This document shows positions 38,810-50,949 of a stretch of 64,000 bases of DNA, one piece after another. This DNA is from Octopus sinensis (Eukaryota): assembly GCF_006345805.1 (NCBI RefSeq), contig NC_043002.1, positions 63,736,001 through 63,800,000 on the forward strand. The letters run 5' to 3'. Made by a program: the position numbers and the translations under genes. The notes under the pieces were generated by a model, which had not been told where the DNA came from, searched no databases, and was given only the letters and a program-made list of their open reading frames with translations. The stretch's first letter is position 1, and every line of letters begins with the position of its first letter.

Positions 38810-40111
38810 CTGAAAACTAACGATCGCATTTCTCTTAGACTGTCAAAATTATCTGCTAATGTTGACATCTTTAACCAAAGTGCGGAATTTTATAACGCCG
38901 CCTTGTCAAGAGCCGGTTATAAAGAAAATGTATCATACATTGACCCAGCCCATTCTAAACCAACATATACTTCTCAGGATAGGAACACTACTCGTAATAA
39001 AAATAATAAAAATAATGGTTTCAATTCTAATAGTGTCAGCACCCCTGTACATAAGATAAATCCTTTACGGAACAGGGGAGGTAAGCGCCACCCAACCCCA
39101 AATTTCCAACACACAAATGTTCCCCTTACTGTCACAAATAACGCTAGGAACAGTTCAAGGTCCACAAAAAACTATATCTGGTTTGTAATACCTTACGGAA
39201 AACAAATCAAATCGAACCTTTCCTTGCAGTTCCGTGAAGCCGTTTCTAGGAACTTTCCCATTAATTCTAGATATCATTCTATTATCAATTCACACAAGGT
39301 AAGAATTGCATTCTCTAACACTAGAAATTTTTCGCAAATTATTGCTTCCCATAACAACAAGCTACTAAACAAAGATTCTTCACCCGGGAGTTCCAACACT
39401 AATCTTATCAATTCAAACCCATCATACAACCATAATAATAGAAATAGTATTGATAGTAACAGCATTCGTAGCAGCGTTAGTATTAGGAACAATAATAATA
39501 ATAATAGTATTAGGCGGATTAATAACAATGGTAGTGTTGATGGTAACAACAACAACGGTACTATTGTCGGAGATATTGCCAGTTGTAGTACAATTAAAAA
39601 TGATAATAATAATAATAATAGAAATAGTGTAGTGATTAACGCTAGTAGTAATAAAAACAGCAATCATAACAATAAAAACTCCGTCTCGATCTCGGAGGAA
39701 AACCCTAATAGATTAAAATTTTTGTCCAGTAATTCCAGAATTAAAAATTCCATTTACCAGTGTAGAATTTCTTCCGGTACCGATGTCTACTTCTATATTG
39801 GTGCGACAACTTCTCAGTTGTCCAAGAGAATTTCCAATCATTATTCGAATTTCCGAGATAAGAAAAAACAACACAGTACAGTGCTAAGTAAATTAGTTTG
39901 GCGTCTTAAAGACAACAATATATCTTTCAAGTTGGATTGGTCCATATTGTCTGTATCCTTTCCTTTTGATAAGGGCAGAAAATTCTGTAACATTTGTAAT
40001 TCTGAACTCTTTTATATCCTTTTCGCCAAGGTTCCCCTAGTAAACACACACATTGAAAAATCGTACAAATGTAAGCATTGGCAGAAACACACCTTCAATT
40101 CATATAAATAA
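38810..40111 (+). CDS. PLE ORF C-terminal part, uninterrupted for 433 codons
   Basis: Frame open from after TAG 38807-38809 to TAA at 40111 (includes supplied ORF 38903..40111); no RT catalytic motif in the retained part. Confidence 0.85.
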   Translation: MKTNDRISLRLSKLSANVDIFNQSAEFYNAALSRAGYKENVSYIDPAHSKPTYTSQDRNTTRNKNNKNNGFNSNSVSTPVHKINPLRNRGGKRHPTPNFQHTNVPLTVTNNARNSSRSTKNYIWFVIPYGKQIKSNLSLQFREAVSRNFPINSRYHSIINSHKVRIAFSNTRNFSQIIASHNNKLLNKDSSPGSSNTNLINSNPSYNHNNRNSIDSNSIRSSVSIRNNNNNNSIRRINNNGSVDGNNNNGTIVGDIASCSTIKNDNNNNNRNSVVINASSNKNSNHNNKNSVSISEENPNRLKFLSSNSRIKNSIYQCRISSGTDVYFYIGATTSQLSKRISNHYSNFRDKKKQHSTVLSKLVWRLKDNNISFKLDWSILSVSFPFDKGRKFCNICNSELFYILFAKVPLVNTHIEKSYKCKHWQKHTFNSYK

Positions 40112-40600
40112 TATAGATAACCAATGGAGTTTAATAATTAGCTTCACGTTCACACCACTGCTATAGACAAATTCTTTTCCACTAAATATCTTTGACGTAT
40201 GTTTATCCCTTTTTTTCTCTCTCTCTCCCCTCTCTCTCTCTCTATTATACACACAATCAAACACACAGACACAAACCTGTCACCTTACTACTAAGCATAT
40301 TTGACATTTGTCTCCCCCACACACACAATCACACATACACACACAGAGACACAAATGCAGTTATGTACACACACTCATACACAAACATAAACACTCGCAC
40401 TCATTAACACAAGCACACAACCGCACATCCCCATACATGCAGCATACATATTGTCCCCTAACTGTTTTTAATTCTTCCTCCTTCTACCCATTTTTGACGT
40501 CATTGCTTATAACGGATTATTTTTAAAAACTCATTATCACTGTGGGCGCCATGTAGGCAATCATCAAACTTTTTTGTTCGTCTTGTGGCTGAAAGAGGCT

Positions 40601-40692
40601 CCTTATCTTTCCCGATGAGAAGGCATAATGCACCATTTATTCCTTCGGAAATAAAAGTATGCCGTCTTCGAAACATGTGTCGTGAGTAAAGG
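40601..40692 (+). ncRNA. Decayed type I hammerhead ribozyme in the PLE terminal repeat
   Basis: CCGATGA (U4 to C)-GAAG-GCATA...tttattc-cTTCGg-aaataaa...TATGC-cgt-CTTC-GAAAC-atgt-GTC-gtgagtaaagg; homologous to 14364-14455. Confidence 0.7.
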
Positions 40693-40728
40693 AATTTTGT
40701 TAAAATCTTCGTTCGACTCCATTCTTTC

Positions 40729-40798
<70 letters not shown>

Positions 40799-40880
40799 TA
40801 TATATATGAAGAGAGAGAGAGAGAAAGAAAGAAAGAGTCGAAAGTGTACGTACGCGGCTGTATTTTATAAATAAAAAATA

Positions 40881-41252
40881 CAAAAATGGGACAAGAACGC
40901 AAACCATCCAGACAGTTAGGTGATACAAAAAAGGGACAACAAAATATCCAGAGAGACGATACAAAGAAAACAAGGACGGCTCATTCGGTGTTTTCTATCC
41001 TCAGTCGATAGATTATATTTTGCAATGCTTTCTTCCAAGGAATCTCGTGCTTTTAGCTTAATTCTTCCTTGGGGCCATATTGGAACAATCTCGAGTATAA
41101 CCAGCCGAAATTGCATAGATAAGCTGGAACTGAACTGAGGACAGAAAACGTCGAATGACCCGTCCTTGCTTTCTTTGCTGTCTGAGTGTTTTGTTGTCCC
41201 TTTCTTGTATCACCTAGCTATCTGGTCGTCTTGCCTTCTTGTCCCAGTTCTG
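40881..41252. mobile_element. MITE with ~120-bp TIRs
   Basis: 40881-41005 (caaaaatgggacaagaacgcaa...tcctcagt) vs 41134-41252 (actgaggac...cttgtcccagttctg), imperfect reverse complements. Confidence 0.85.
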
Positions 41253-41255
41253 CAT

Positions 41256-41301
<46 letters not shown>

Positions 41302-41327
41302 TGTATGTATGTATGTATGTATGTATG

Positions 41328-41374
<47 letters not shown>

Positions 41375-42976
41375 GTATGTGAGAACAAAATATTAAAATG
41401 ACCACGTACACATAGATATAGATATTTTGAGACATGTTTTGGGAATATATAAAAGAAAAACGCTTACATATTCATTTTTCTTATACGCGCCGCCAGATTT
41501 GAATATGACAAAGCTGATCACTGATGTATGTCGCCAGTGGAGAAGAACTTCTAATATCGTAGAGATGTACACTTATAATACACCTGACCCATTAGTGTAC
41601 GCGTACTGCTGAACACCCGGTGCTTCGATATCATCATGTCTCTTCAGCCTAAGCGATACATAAATAATAAATCTAATAACCGTTTGTAGTTTTTGTTCAT
41701 GACATGGCGGTGCCCCAGCATGGCCACAGCTCGTGAGCTGAAACTAGATAAAATAAAAGTAAAATAATATAAAATAAACAGTAGCAAGCGAATTATTTGC
41801 TAATAAGCTCTGATAGCTGCTATCTGATGATAAATCTTTATAAGAATGTTGAACTCTGAGATTCAAAGTGATAGCTCACACATTCGTTCTTTATACGTTC
41901 CATTGAATATTAATGGCTATTGTATTTTGTAAATGGAGGGCAACTTTTCCTCTAAGAATGTAAGTCATCGATTTTTCCTTGGTGATCACTCTGAACATCA
42001 CAATCTAAAATAATACAGCTTTCTTAGTAATACACACAACCATAAAGTAAGGGGGAAATAAACAAACATAGCCAACAATTAAGAAAATACTGTGCAAAAT
42101 GGCTAAATGTATTTCGCGTGTAAGTGCTGAGACGATTTCTTCATTGCATCTTCATATTTGCGTTGACTACAGCCAACAATATAATGTATCAGTGGTAATA
42201 TGCACTCTAAGTTTTAAGGAAATGATAACAAAAGTATATAAAGATGAATTAATTTTTAAAATGAGGTCAGAGAATTATAACAAGATGTATTTTAAAAATG
42301 TTGAAGTCGAAAAATGTTTGAATATTAATTACAAGTGGAGCAAATGAGAAAATTTATCATTCAAGCACGTTAGCATATATTTACATGTAATTCTACAGCA
42401 TTATACATGAACATCAGTAAATTAGGAACACCAATAAGGAAAACAAATAATCAGTTAATGGTACTAGAATTAGCATTCCACCGAAAGTAATAAAACATTA
42501 TAAAGAAACTCAACGTACAAAAGTAGAGCGTGAATAGAAAAACATGTACATGTCAGATGCACGTGCGGTTTTAAATATGGAATTTTATGGTTTGTAGAAA
42601 GACACATACATTTTCTCGAGTATTAACAGCCATTTCAGATTATTATTTTTCATTTCTTTAATTGATTCCAGTCGAACAACTGCAGCGATGTTGTGACACA
42701 TGTTGGTTAAAAGATTCTTAATATCTTTTAATATGGTAATTATTTAGCCTTCTCAGTTGTGTTGTCATTTCAGTGTGCTGGGGTGGACATCGTGAGGGCT
42801 GAGCTTGCCGTAGATTAATGTAAAACATAGAGGCAGCTACGCATATGCTAATAGTGCAACATTAATATAAAGCAGTTGTTTTGATTTGGAGTGCGGTATG
42901 CTCTTAGAAGTCTCATCGATTTGGAAACAAAAATCTTTGTCGTTTCTGAGTCGGGAAACATCCAAGACTGGGTGCA

Positions 42977-42978
<2 letters not shown>

Positions 42979-43063
<85 letters not shown>

Positions 43064-43100
43064 TAATAATAATAATAATAATAATAACAATAATAATAAT
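42979..43100. repeat. (AAT)n microsatellite; similar tracts at ~43430-43500, 44385-44470, 50372-50430 and 50650-50835
   Basis: Direct reading. Confidence 0.95.
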
Positions 43101-43425
43101 GGTTTCAAATTTTTGCACAAGAGCAGCCACTTTGGAGGATGAGATGAGTCTATTACATTGACTCCAGTGTTCAACTGGTACTTATTTTATGGACCTCGAA
43201 ATAATGAAAGGCCCAGTCAAGCTCAGCTATGTATTTCCTCCAATAATAAACTTACAAACACATATAACATACAGAAAATTGCACTACTAGGCACTGCACA
43301 CATCCTACGTAGAACACTTTCCGTACAATAACCATCAGAGCATCACAACAAATCACAGCACATACCCAAGGCACACAGAGCTGCGCTCGGTAGTGAAGTG
43401 AAAGCACGCTATAAAAATAAAGCTA

Positions 43426-43502
<77 letters not shown>

Positions 43503-44413
43503 TAATAACAATAGGCGTCGTTGTGTCGATTTTCGTCGTCTATCCGTTGTCATCATCGACATTGATATCGCCACTATGTCATTCACATCATCAACCATCG
43601 CACCGTTTCCATCGTCAATTTAAACTAACGCTTGTGATCGTCATCATCATCATCATCACTATTAATATCGTCATCGTTACCAGCCTGCTCTACTACGTCC
43701 TCTTCATCATCAATTTTGTTACGTTCGTTATATTCCTTACTGTTATGATGACGATTGGAACGATGATGAAAATTTCAAAGAAAATTAAAATACAAAATAC
43801 AAAATACAAATACCAACCATTCACCGCCCAACGTAAAAACAACCAAATATGTGATTAAATACACAAATGACTATTTTTTGTAATTTCTTTTATTTCTTTT
43901 CATATTACTTTTGTTGTATTTGTCGAAGGAACATTAAACTCGCTGATGTATGATAGAAAAAGGAAAAAATGGTTTGTTAATTAGTTAATGTTATTGGTTA
44001 TTGCTCCCAAAGCACTTAAAATGGAGCTGTAGCTATCATAGCTGAAGCGTATATAAGCTGTTGAAAGTTTTCCTCAGAAGGGAAACGGCGTGTTTTATTT
44101 CAATTGATGTCTTTATAATTATGGTTTAATTCTGATGCTATCTTCTTGGTGTTTAGGAACGATGCTGTATCTCAAATGATGCATTCCTGTAATCAAAACC
44201 GTTCTCACAAAATTAGTCAATCACTAGTACAGATACGCGTGTGTATGTGCATACGCTTCTGTGCGTGTGCAGGTTTGTAACCGAATAACGAAAGGAAACG
44301 ATTAAAGGATGTAAATGAAAACACAAAATGTGAAAGTAGAAATAATCGTACAGAGAATAAATAAATACGATCATTGATGATGATGATAATAATAATAATA
44401 ATAATAATAATAA

Positions 44414-44472
<59 letters not shown>

Positions 44473-44534
44473 GAAGAAGAAGAAGAAGAAGAAGCGAAAT
44501 AATAATAATCGAATAATAAAAATAAGAATAATCG

Positions 44535-44644
44535 AAACAGGTCAGGTGCTAGGGTCTAAAAACCGGACATTGTAGTGATGGACAAGATGTACCACATATG
44601 CTATATAGTTGATGTTGCATGCCCCCTTGACCCAGTAATAGACA

Positions 44645-44645
<1 letters not shown>
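44535..44645 (+). pseudogene. R4/Dong-like LINE restriction-like endonuclease fragment
   Basis: KPDIVVMDKMYHICYIVDVACPLD = PD...D REL motif. Confidence 0.7.
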
Positions 44646-44703
<58 letters not shown>

Positions 44704-44704
44704 C

Positions 44705-44839
44705 GTGTATTCATATTAAACGCATTTCTACACTTGAATGCGTCACGCTAAGAGGGACTCTCAAAGTCAAAACTATCATACATGAGAGTCCCTCAGCGTG
44801 AGGCATTTAAGTGTAGTAATGCCCTTAATATAAATAAAC
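44705..44839. repeat. ~135-bp fold-back (inverted arms ~57-59 bp, 19-bp spacer)
   Basis: gtgtattcatattaaacgcatttctacacttgaatgcgtcacgctaagagggactctca vs tgagagtccctcagcgtgaggcatttaagtgtagtaatgcccttaatataaataaac. Confidence 0.85.
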
Positions 44840-45274
44840 ATATTTAAAGGGAATAATTATAAATTTCCGTTATCAGGTTTATCACGCTGACGACTTGATA
44901 AATTCTTGGAAAGTATTAGATAGCTGAAAAGAATGAATAGTATGGTATCGTAGGCTGCAGGTAGTAAGCCCGCAAAGCAGGCAAGATTGTAGGAGAAAAA
45001 CAAACCCTTCGATAAAGAGAAATAATAATAATAATAATAATAAGAGAAGCAATCCTTCCTGCTGTAGGCAGAAGGTCCGAAATGTTGTGGGAGCGGACAA
45101 GTCGATTGTATCGACCCCAGTGTTTCACTGGTATTTGATTTATCGAGTCCAATTTGACGAAAGGCAAATCGACCTTGGTGAGATCTGAACTCAGAAAGCC
45201 TAAGCATTTTGCCTAACGGTTCTGCCAGCTTATTAGTACAAAGAAAACGTCAGTAGCTGCTGTTGCTGCTGCTG

Positions 45275-45315
<41 letters not shown>

Positions 45316-45929
45316 GCCGCTGCTACTGCTGCTGCTACTGCTGCTGCTACTATCGCTGTTCCTGCTGCTATCGCGGCTGATAATTTTGATAATAATGTTG
45401 ATTAATCATAATGATTGCTCTAATTTATTACATTTGGAATCGACCAAAAGTAATTATTACAACGTTTGAGAACAATTTAGTAGTAGTAGTGGTGGTGGTG
45501 GTGGTTGTAGTGGTGGTGGTGGTCGTAGTGGTGGTGGTGGTGGTGGTATTGGTAGTAGTAGTATTAGTAGTAGTAGTAGTAGTAGTTGTTGTTGTTGTAG
45601 TTGTATTAGTCGCAGCAGCAGTTGGTTGCAAAGAAGTAAACGAAGAAACTAAAAAGAAAAGTACAATAAAAAAATGCTCAAAAAATAATAATAGCAATAA
45701 CGCCCTTTGTGTTTTAGGCCCAAGTCAATCTTTTGGGAGTGGGGATTCGTCGATTACATAAACCCGTGTATGCCTGGCACACATTTAAATCACTCTGAAA
45801 GGATATGGAGCAAAGTTGACCTCCTGCCACTCGAACTCAGAACATAAAGCCAGTGAGAATACCGCTAAATTTTAATTTGTTCTAAATACATTTGTACTTC
45901 TGTGCGTTTCAACCCTAGGGCTGTGGCCA

Positions 45930-46960
45930 TGCTGCATCACTGCATATCTAATTACATTTTCCATAGCCATTGCAATGCAGTTGGTTTTTGGCGCAGCATG
46001 CAGTTTGATATTGCTGCTCTCTTTTGTGTTTCCTGTAGGTTGATTTGGGACATTTGACAATGAGGGTGAAGTTGTTTCTTGAAAACATGTATTCCCTACT
46101 CCATGCAGACCCGTCAGATATTTTGACAAGTTGTAAAATGCCGTGGGCCTTTGATTCCCATGCTATTAGAGTACGTGGTCCTCACTCTATACGTGATATC
46201 TGGAACATTTGAAACAGTGTTGTGACGTCCAGTTCGGGAGCTGGTATAGCTCTCAATGTCAAAGTTTGGGGCTACACCGACCAGGAACTTCCATACGTAT
46301 ATCCGTGCATACTATCCCTGTATTCCCTCTACGGAGAAGAGTCATAGCTCTTTCAGTCTCTCCCAGTAACGCAGATCTTGAGTGATCACAGCTGAGAGCA
46401 GTAGTTCAGGTGTATGATTATAAATATCCTCCATAGAGCTAGCATTTTCTTACCCTTTTTTTCTGGAAGTTCTTGGAATACATTTGACCATTTGTTCGCA
46501 CAATACCACCAACCAGGTGACGAAGCTTTATTTGCTCATATCAGTCCCTAGATCACGTACGCATTAGCTTTCTCAATCGTTATCCCCTGCAATACAAGGA
46601 GATAACTATTAAATGTTGGACAGAGTTATCTTCCTCTAGCACTTTTATGAATGCAAAACTAAACTCCGCAACAATATCTAAGTACGGCGAGGTTTACTTC
46701 ACCGCGCTTGATTTTTATTGTTTCTGTGGACTGGCACATATCTTGTATGGAAAATGCCTCACATAATTTCTCCTTTCGACAAAGTGTTGCCTAGTTATAC
46801 GATAATTTGTTATGAGAAAAGTTTTGCAGAATCTGAACTCTGATTAAATACGCCATATTTGCACTTGGTTTGTATAGGTATGTCAACTTTTGAATTGTTG
46901 ATCCAAACTTGTCCAATATTCTGTACATTTATTGATGAATTATCATTTCCTTTGGTTGTG
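45930..46960 (-). pseudogene. Decayed CR1/L2-like LINE ORF2 fragment
   Basis: Minus strand: MLALWRIFIIIHLNYCSQL; YWERLKEL*LFSVE...IYVWKFLVGVAPNFDIESYTSSRTGRH...GIKGPRHF; related to 250-880. Confidence 0.75.
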
Positions 46961-48265
46961 TGTTCTTGATAGTGTCTACTTAATGATTTGTCCCTTATAT
47001 GTGTGACGTAGTTGTTTTACTTTGTAGAATAGGTTGCATGAAGAGAAATATAGAAATTGGGGTGGGGGATCTCAGAATTATACTGTGCAATAAATTGAGA
47101 ATTTTGAATTATGTAAGAAAACCATACTCTCTGCTACAATAGCAACAACAATAATAATAAGAACAGCAACATCTAGTTGTCTTAAATTCCTTTAAAATCT
47201 CAAGTGTTTGAAACATAAGAGAATCGTCTCATGATAATCATAGCTAAATTCTAGAGTAAAACGTCCAAAATGTTATTACTAGAGATCATGGTGTGAGACT
47301 TGGAAGGTATCTAATGAAACAATGTCAAAGGCTGGAGAAGGAGAAAAAAAGAGGAGGGGAGGGGAGGCTGGAGGAGGTTGGTGATGATATAGTAGATTAT
47401 GTTTGGAAGACAAACGTCATGTAAATGAAAGAATTGAACAACAATTGCCAATGTCATAATCAACCCAAGGAAGCTACTAATATTCTTCAGTGGGAAAATG
47501 TAATACAGTTAATTCAAACATTGGAATATTGAATATTATGCCGTGAGGAAGAAGTCTAACATTTCTGAATAAAGGTGTGTATAAGAGCAAAACATCAAAC
47601 ATTAGGAAGAGAAATTTGTAGAGATGATTGAAACGGAATTAGCTGTCACGAAGATTAGCACATCAATAAGAGAGATTATTTCTCAAAAATTATCGCTTGC
47701 GGCTTCAATAATTTATTAAATACCACACTTACTATAGAGAATAACTGTAAATTTATCACAGACTGCTCTTCATTGAAATGGATCTTTAGAAGATTGTCAA
47801 GGTATTGTTCTCGTAGTCAAATGCACAGTGTGAATATTAATTATATTCCAAGTTGCTTGTTTGTTTACAATTCAGCCACCCTTCCTTAGACATTGAGAAG
47901 AAAAACAAATCATCAACTTCCAGTATCCTACAAACAAAAATAAATAAACGAAATATCGAAATTCTGGTCCTCTTATTTTGTACCAATTATCGTGGAGATC
48001 GATTCCCCGAATACTTCGCAGCAGAAAATGAGCCATATTTTTTTTCTTTTTAATGAGACATACCATCGGAAATATATAACGACGTGGAATCTCCCTATGA
48101 ACCCCACGGCAATTCAGCAACATAAACAACAATATTTCAACAAATATGCACCGTAGTCAAATATTTAGTCACGTTAACACATTTCTTCGCCAACTAGCTA
48201 AACACCTCAGACAACATTGCTTTCAAATTTTAGCATAAGGCCAGCAATTTCAGGAGTGGTGGGTA

Positions 48266-48463
48266 CCGTAATCCGGGGTGAATAGGGACTAAGGACTGAA
48301 TTGAGACAATAAGCGGGGAAAACATTTTAGAACAATAAAGTTGAGATGACTCAAATTGACTCAAACGAGCACAATTTGAATCACCTCAAATTTATTGTTC
48401 TAAAGTATTTTTCCCGGTTCGTATTTTATCCCGGTTATTGTCCCTATTCACCCCAGATTACGG
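48266..48463. mobile_element. 198-bp pogo/Tigger-like fold-back MITE with TA TSD, inserted in a SINE
   Basis: ta-ccgtaatccggggtgaatagggac ... gtccctattcaccccagattacgg-ta (24-bp TIR, 1 mismatch); inner arms also inverted (ttagaacaataaa/tttattgttctaa). Confidence 0.9.
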
Positions 48464-49103
48464 TAAGTTGATTACATCGACCGCAGTAACCCTATTTTAT
48501 AGATTCCAAAAGGATGAATGGCAAAGTCGACATCGGAGGATTTGAAGGCAGAAAGTAAAAAGAGACGAAACGCCACCAAGCATTGTGTCTGATGTGCTAA
48601 CCATTCTAGCATCTCGCTACATTTTAAAGATCACCCGAGATAATATAATCAAAATACCGTACCAGAAATGACGGTAGTTTCTGATACACACACATATGAC
48701 GAGGATTAATGATACAAGTAGAAGTAAATTCACTGGACATTATTCTCTTGTGTGTGAGGATCCATAAGTCCGAAAATGGAAACTGTGATATGGCGATTGT
48801 AATTTCAGCACCCCATCCACTGGGCTTGCCGTCTTAGAATTACTATTAATGACAAACATAACAGCATCAGCAGCAGCAATAGAATGCCCTTTGCTGTAAA
48901 TAGAAACATACAGAGATACTAAGAGAAATAGCTCGTTTTAAATGCTTATTATATAGGGTTTAGGGCAAGGATTCGAGCTTCAGTGGGCATTTATATGTAT
49001 TTATACAAACACACACGCGAGCAGATACACACACACATTCACACACACAATCGCCCCCGCCGACACCCCCCCATATATATATATATATATTATATATATA
49101 TAT

Positions 49104-49137
<34 letters not shown>

Positions 49138-49203
49138 ATATCGGGATATTTCTATGTGCTTATAGATAAATAGAGAGATATATAGGTAGATACATAGACA
49201 GAC

Positions 49204-49259
<56 letters not shown>

Positions 49260-50084
49260 CGAACATTCAAACAGCTTATGTCTATGCATATGTGAATGTC
49301 TACATGAAATACATTTATGAATCGATATATCTAAACGTACATGAATTTGACATGTTCTTATATATACCCAATATATATCGATATATATGTCTGCATTTCC
49401 TGTTTCTTCTGTCTACCTTCGCCATGGATATACTAATATCTAAGCCCATTTGCATTGTTGGAAATTATAGATAAAATATATATTTATATAGCACTTTATT
49501 CTTAGACCTATTTCCATACACCGCAGGCAATCTGTTCTGCGTATAAACGGTGTTGCAATTTTTACCTATATTCTGTCATAAAATCGATAAGTCTTAAAAT
49601 ACGTTTTCATTTACTTTCCTCTAAACGATTAGTTGCTTGAATTTATATATATTTTCTAAATAAAGCGTAGAAAACACTGGGACACAACGAGAAGTATGTC
49701 TCAAAATATTGTCGTTGATAATGTTTAATATGATTTAATTTTGATATTATTTTGCTTGGGTGTTGTGCATTTCCTTTAAATTCTTTCCGTTAATTTTTCC
49801 TTTAAATTTAGAACCACATTCAGTAAAATAGTAAAATAAAACGGAAACAATTGTCTGTCATAAGCTAAATTATATAAATAATATATATAAATGATATATA
49901 TATATATATAAATATACGTTTATATATTTGTTTTGCATGATTCTTGATGTGAAATCGCGTGTTGAAACAGATTTTGTTGTATTTAGGAATGGTCATTTTG
50001 TCAGTTTAGCCAATAAAAACACGCGCACTGTATATTTGGTGTTAATTTGCTTCAGCGTTATTTATTTTTTACATAAATCTTAAT

Positions 50085-50140
50085 CTTGTTTCGGCCAGAG
50101 TTCTTTCGTCACACTTCTGTGACCTCGTCAGTGTTCCTTT
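50085..50140 (-). ncRNA. Hammerhead-like core without a complete stem I, probable PLE terminal-repeat relic
   Basis: Minus strand: CUGACGA-G-GUCACA-gaag-UGUGAC-GAAAGAACUC, with an alternative GGUC...GGCC-GAAAC register; no good stem I partner found. Confidence 0.4.
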
Positions 50141-50370
50141 GCTTTCTTCTTTCTTATTTGTGTGTCTCTCCTTACTAACGCTCAGCCATTTTGTATTTTG
50201 CATTCCTATTATATGTGCCTTCATTTGCGCATGTGTATACCTCTATGTGTGTCTATGTTAAGTTAGTATGTGGGTGGGGAAGTGTCTATAATATTTGTAT
50301 CTCCCGTTTATACACGTTCGTGTAATTTGTTTTTGTTTAATTTTATGTTGTTCATGTGTTTACACCTACC

Positions 50371-50431
<61 letters not shown>

Positions 50432-50440
50432 TTTTTTTTT

Positions 50441-50648
50441 GTACTTGTTTCAGTCATTTGACTGTGGCCATGCTGGAGCACCGCCTTTAGAGTGGTGAAA
50501 GAGTACAGCAGGGATCACCACCTCCTGCCGGAGCCTCGTGGAGCTTTTAGGTGTTTTTTTCGCTCAATAAACACACACAACGGGAATCGAAACCGCGATC
50601 CTCCGACCGCAAGTCCGCTGCCCTAACCACTAGGCCATAGCGCCTCCA

Positions 50649-50649
<1 letters not shown>
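50441..50649 (-). mobile_element. tRNA-derived SINE with clear Pol III A and B boxes
   Basis: Minus strand: ggcgctaTGGCCTAGTGGttagggcagcggacttgcggtcggaggatcgcGGTTTCGATTCCC; tail ...ctccagcatggccacagtcaaatgactgaaacaagta. Confidence 0.85.
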
Positions 50650-50714
<65 letters not shown>

Positions 50715-50725
50715 CATCATCATCA

Positions 50726-50772
<47 letters not shown>

Positions 50773-50773
50773 G

Positions 50774-50807
<34 letters not shown>

Positions 50808-50949
50808 CATCATCATTATTATTATTACTATTATTAGTTTGGTTGTATTTAGTTAATTTTTGTGTTAATGTATGTAGTTACTTACTTCCATTTGTTTATT
50901 TATCTGTGTATTTTATTTTATGTTTTTAGTTTTGTTTATATTGTTACCA

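Larger units (their letters stand above)
38810..40731 (+). mobile_element. 5'-truncated Penelope-like element (Naiad-like by motif recall): RT thumb, linker, C-terminal GIY-YIG, 3' UTR, terminal repeat; ends at (TA)n
   Basis: RISLRLSKLSANVDIFN...AALSRAGYKEN; IWFVIPYGKQIKSNL...KVRIAFS...IIASHNNKLL; SIYQCRI...FYIGATTSQLSKRISNH...ST.LSKLVWRLKD...KFCNICNSE. Confidence 0.9.

Noticed and set aside
41608-41655. Minus-strand CUGAAGA-GAC...AUC-GAAGC motif
   Set aside because: GAAA disrupted, stem II mismatched, no NUH or stem I; too degenerate to call
50590-50649. tRNA gene
   Set aside because: A and B boxes are present, but it continues directly into a SINE body and tail and lacks a proper acceptor stem; it is a SINE head
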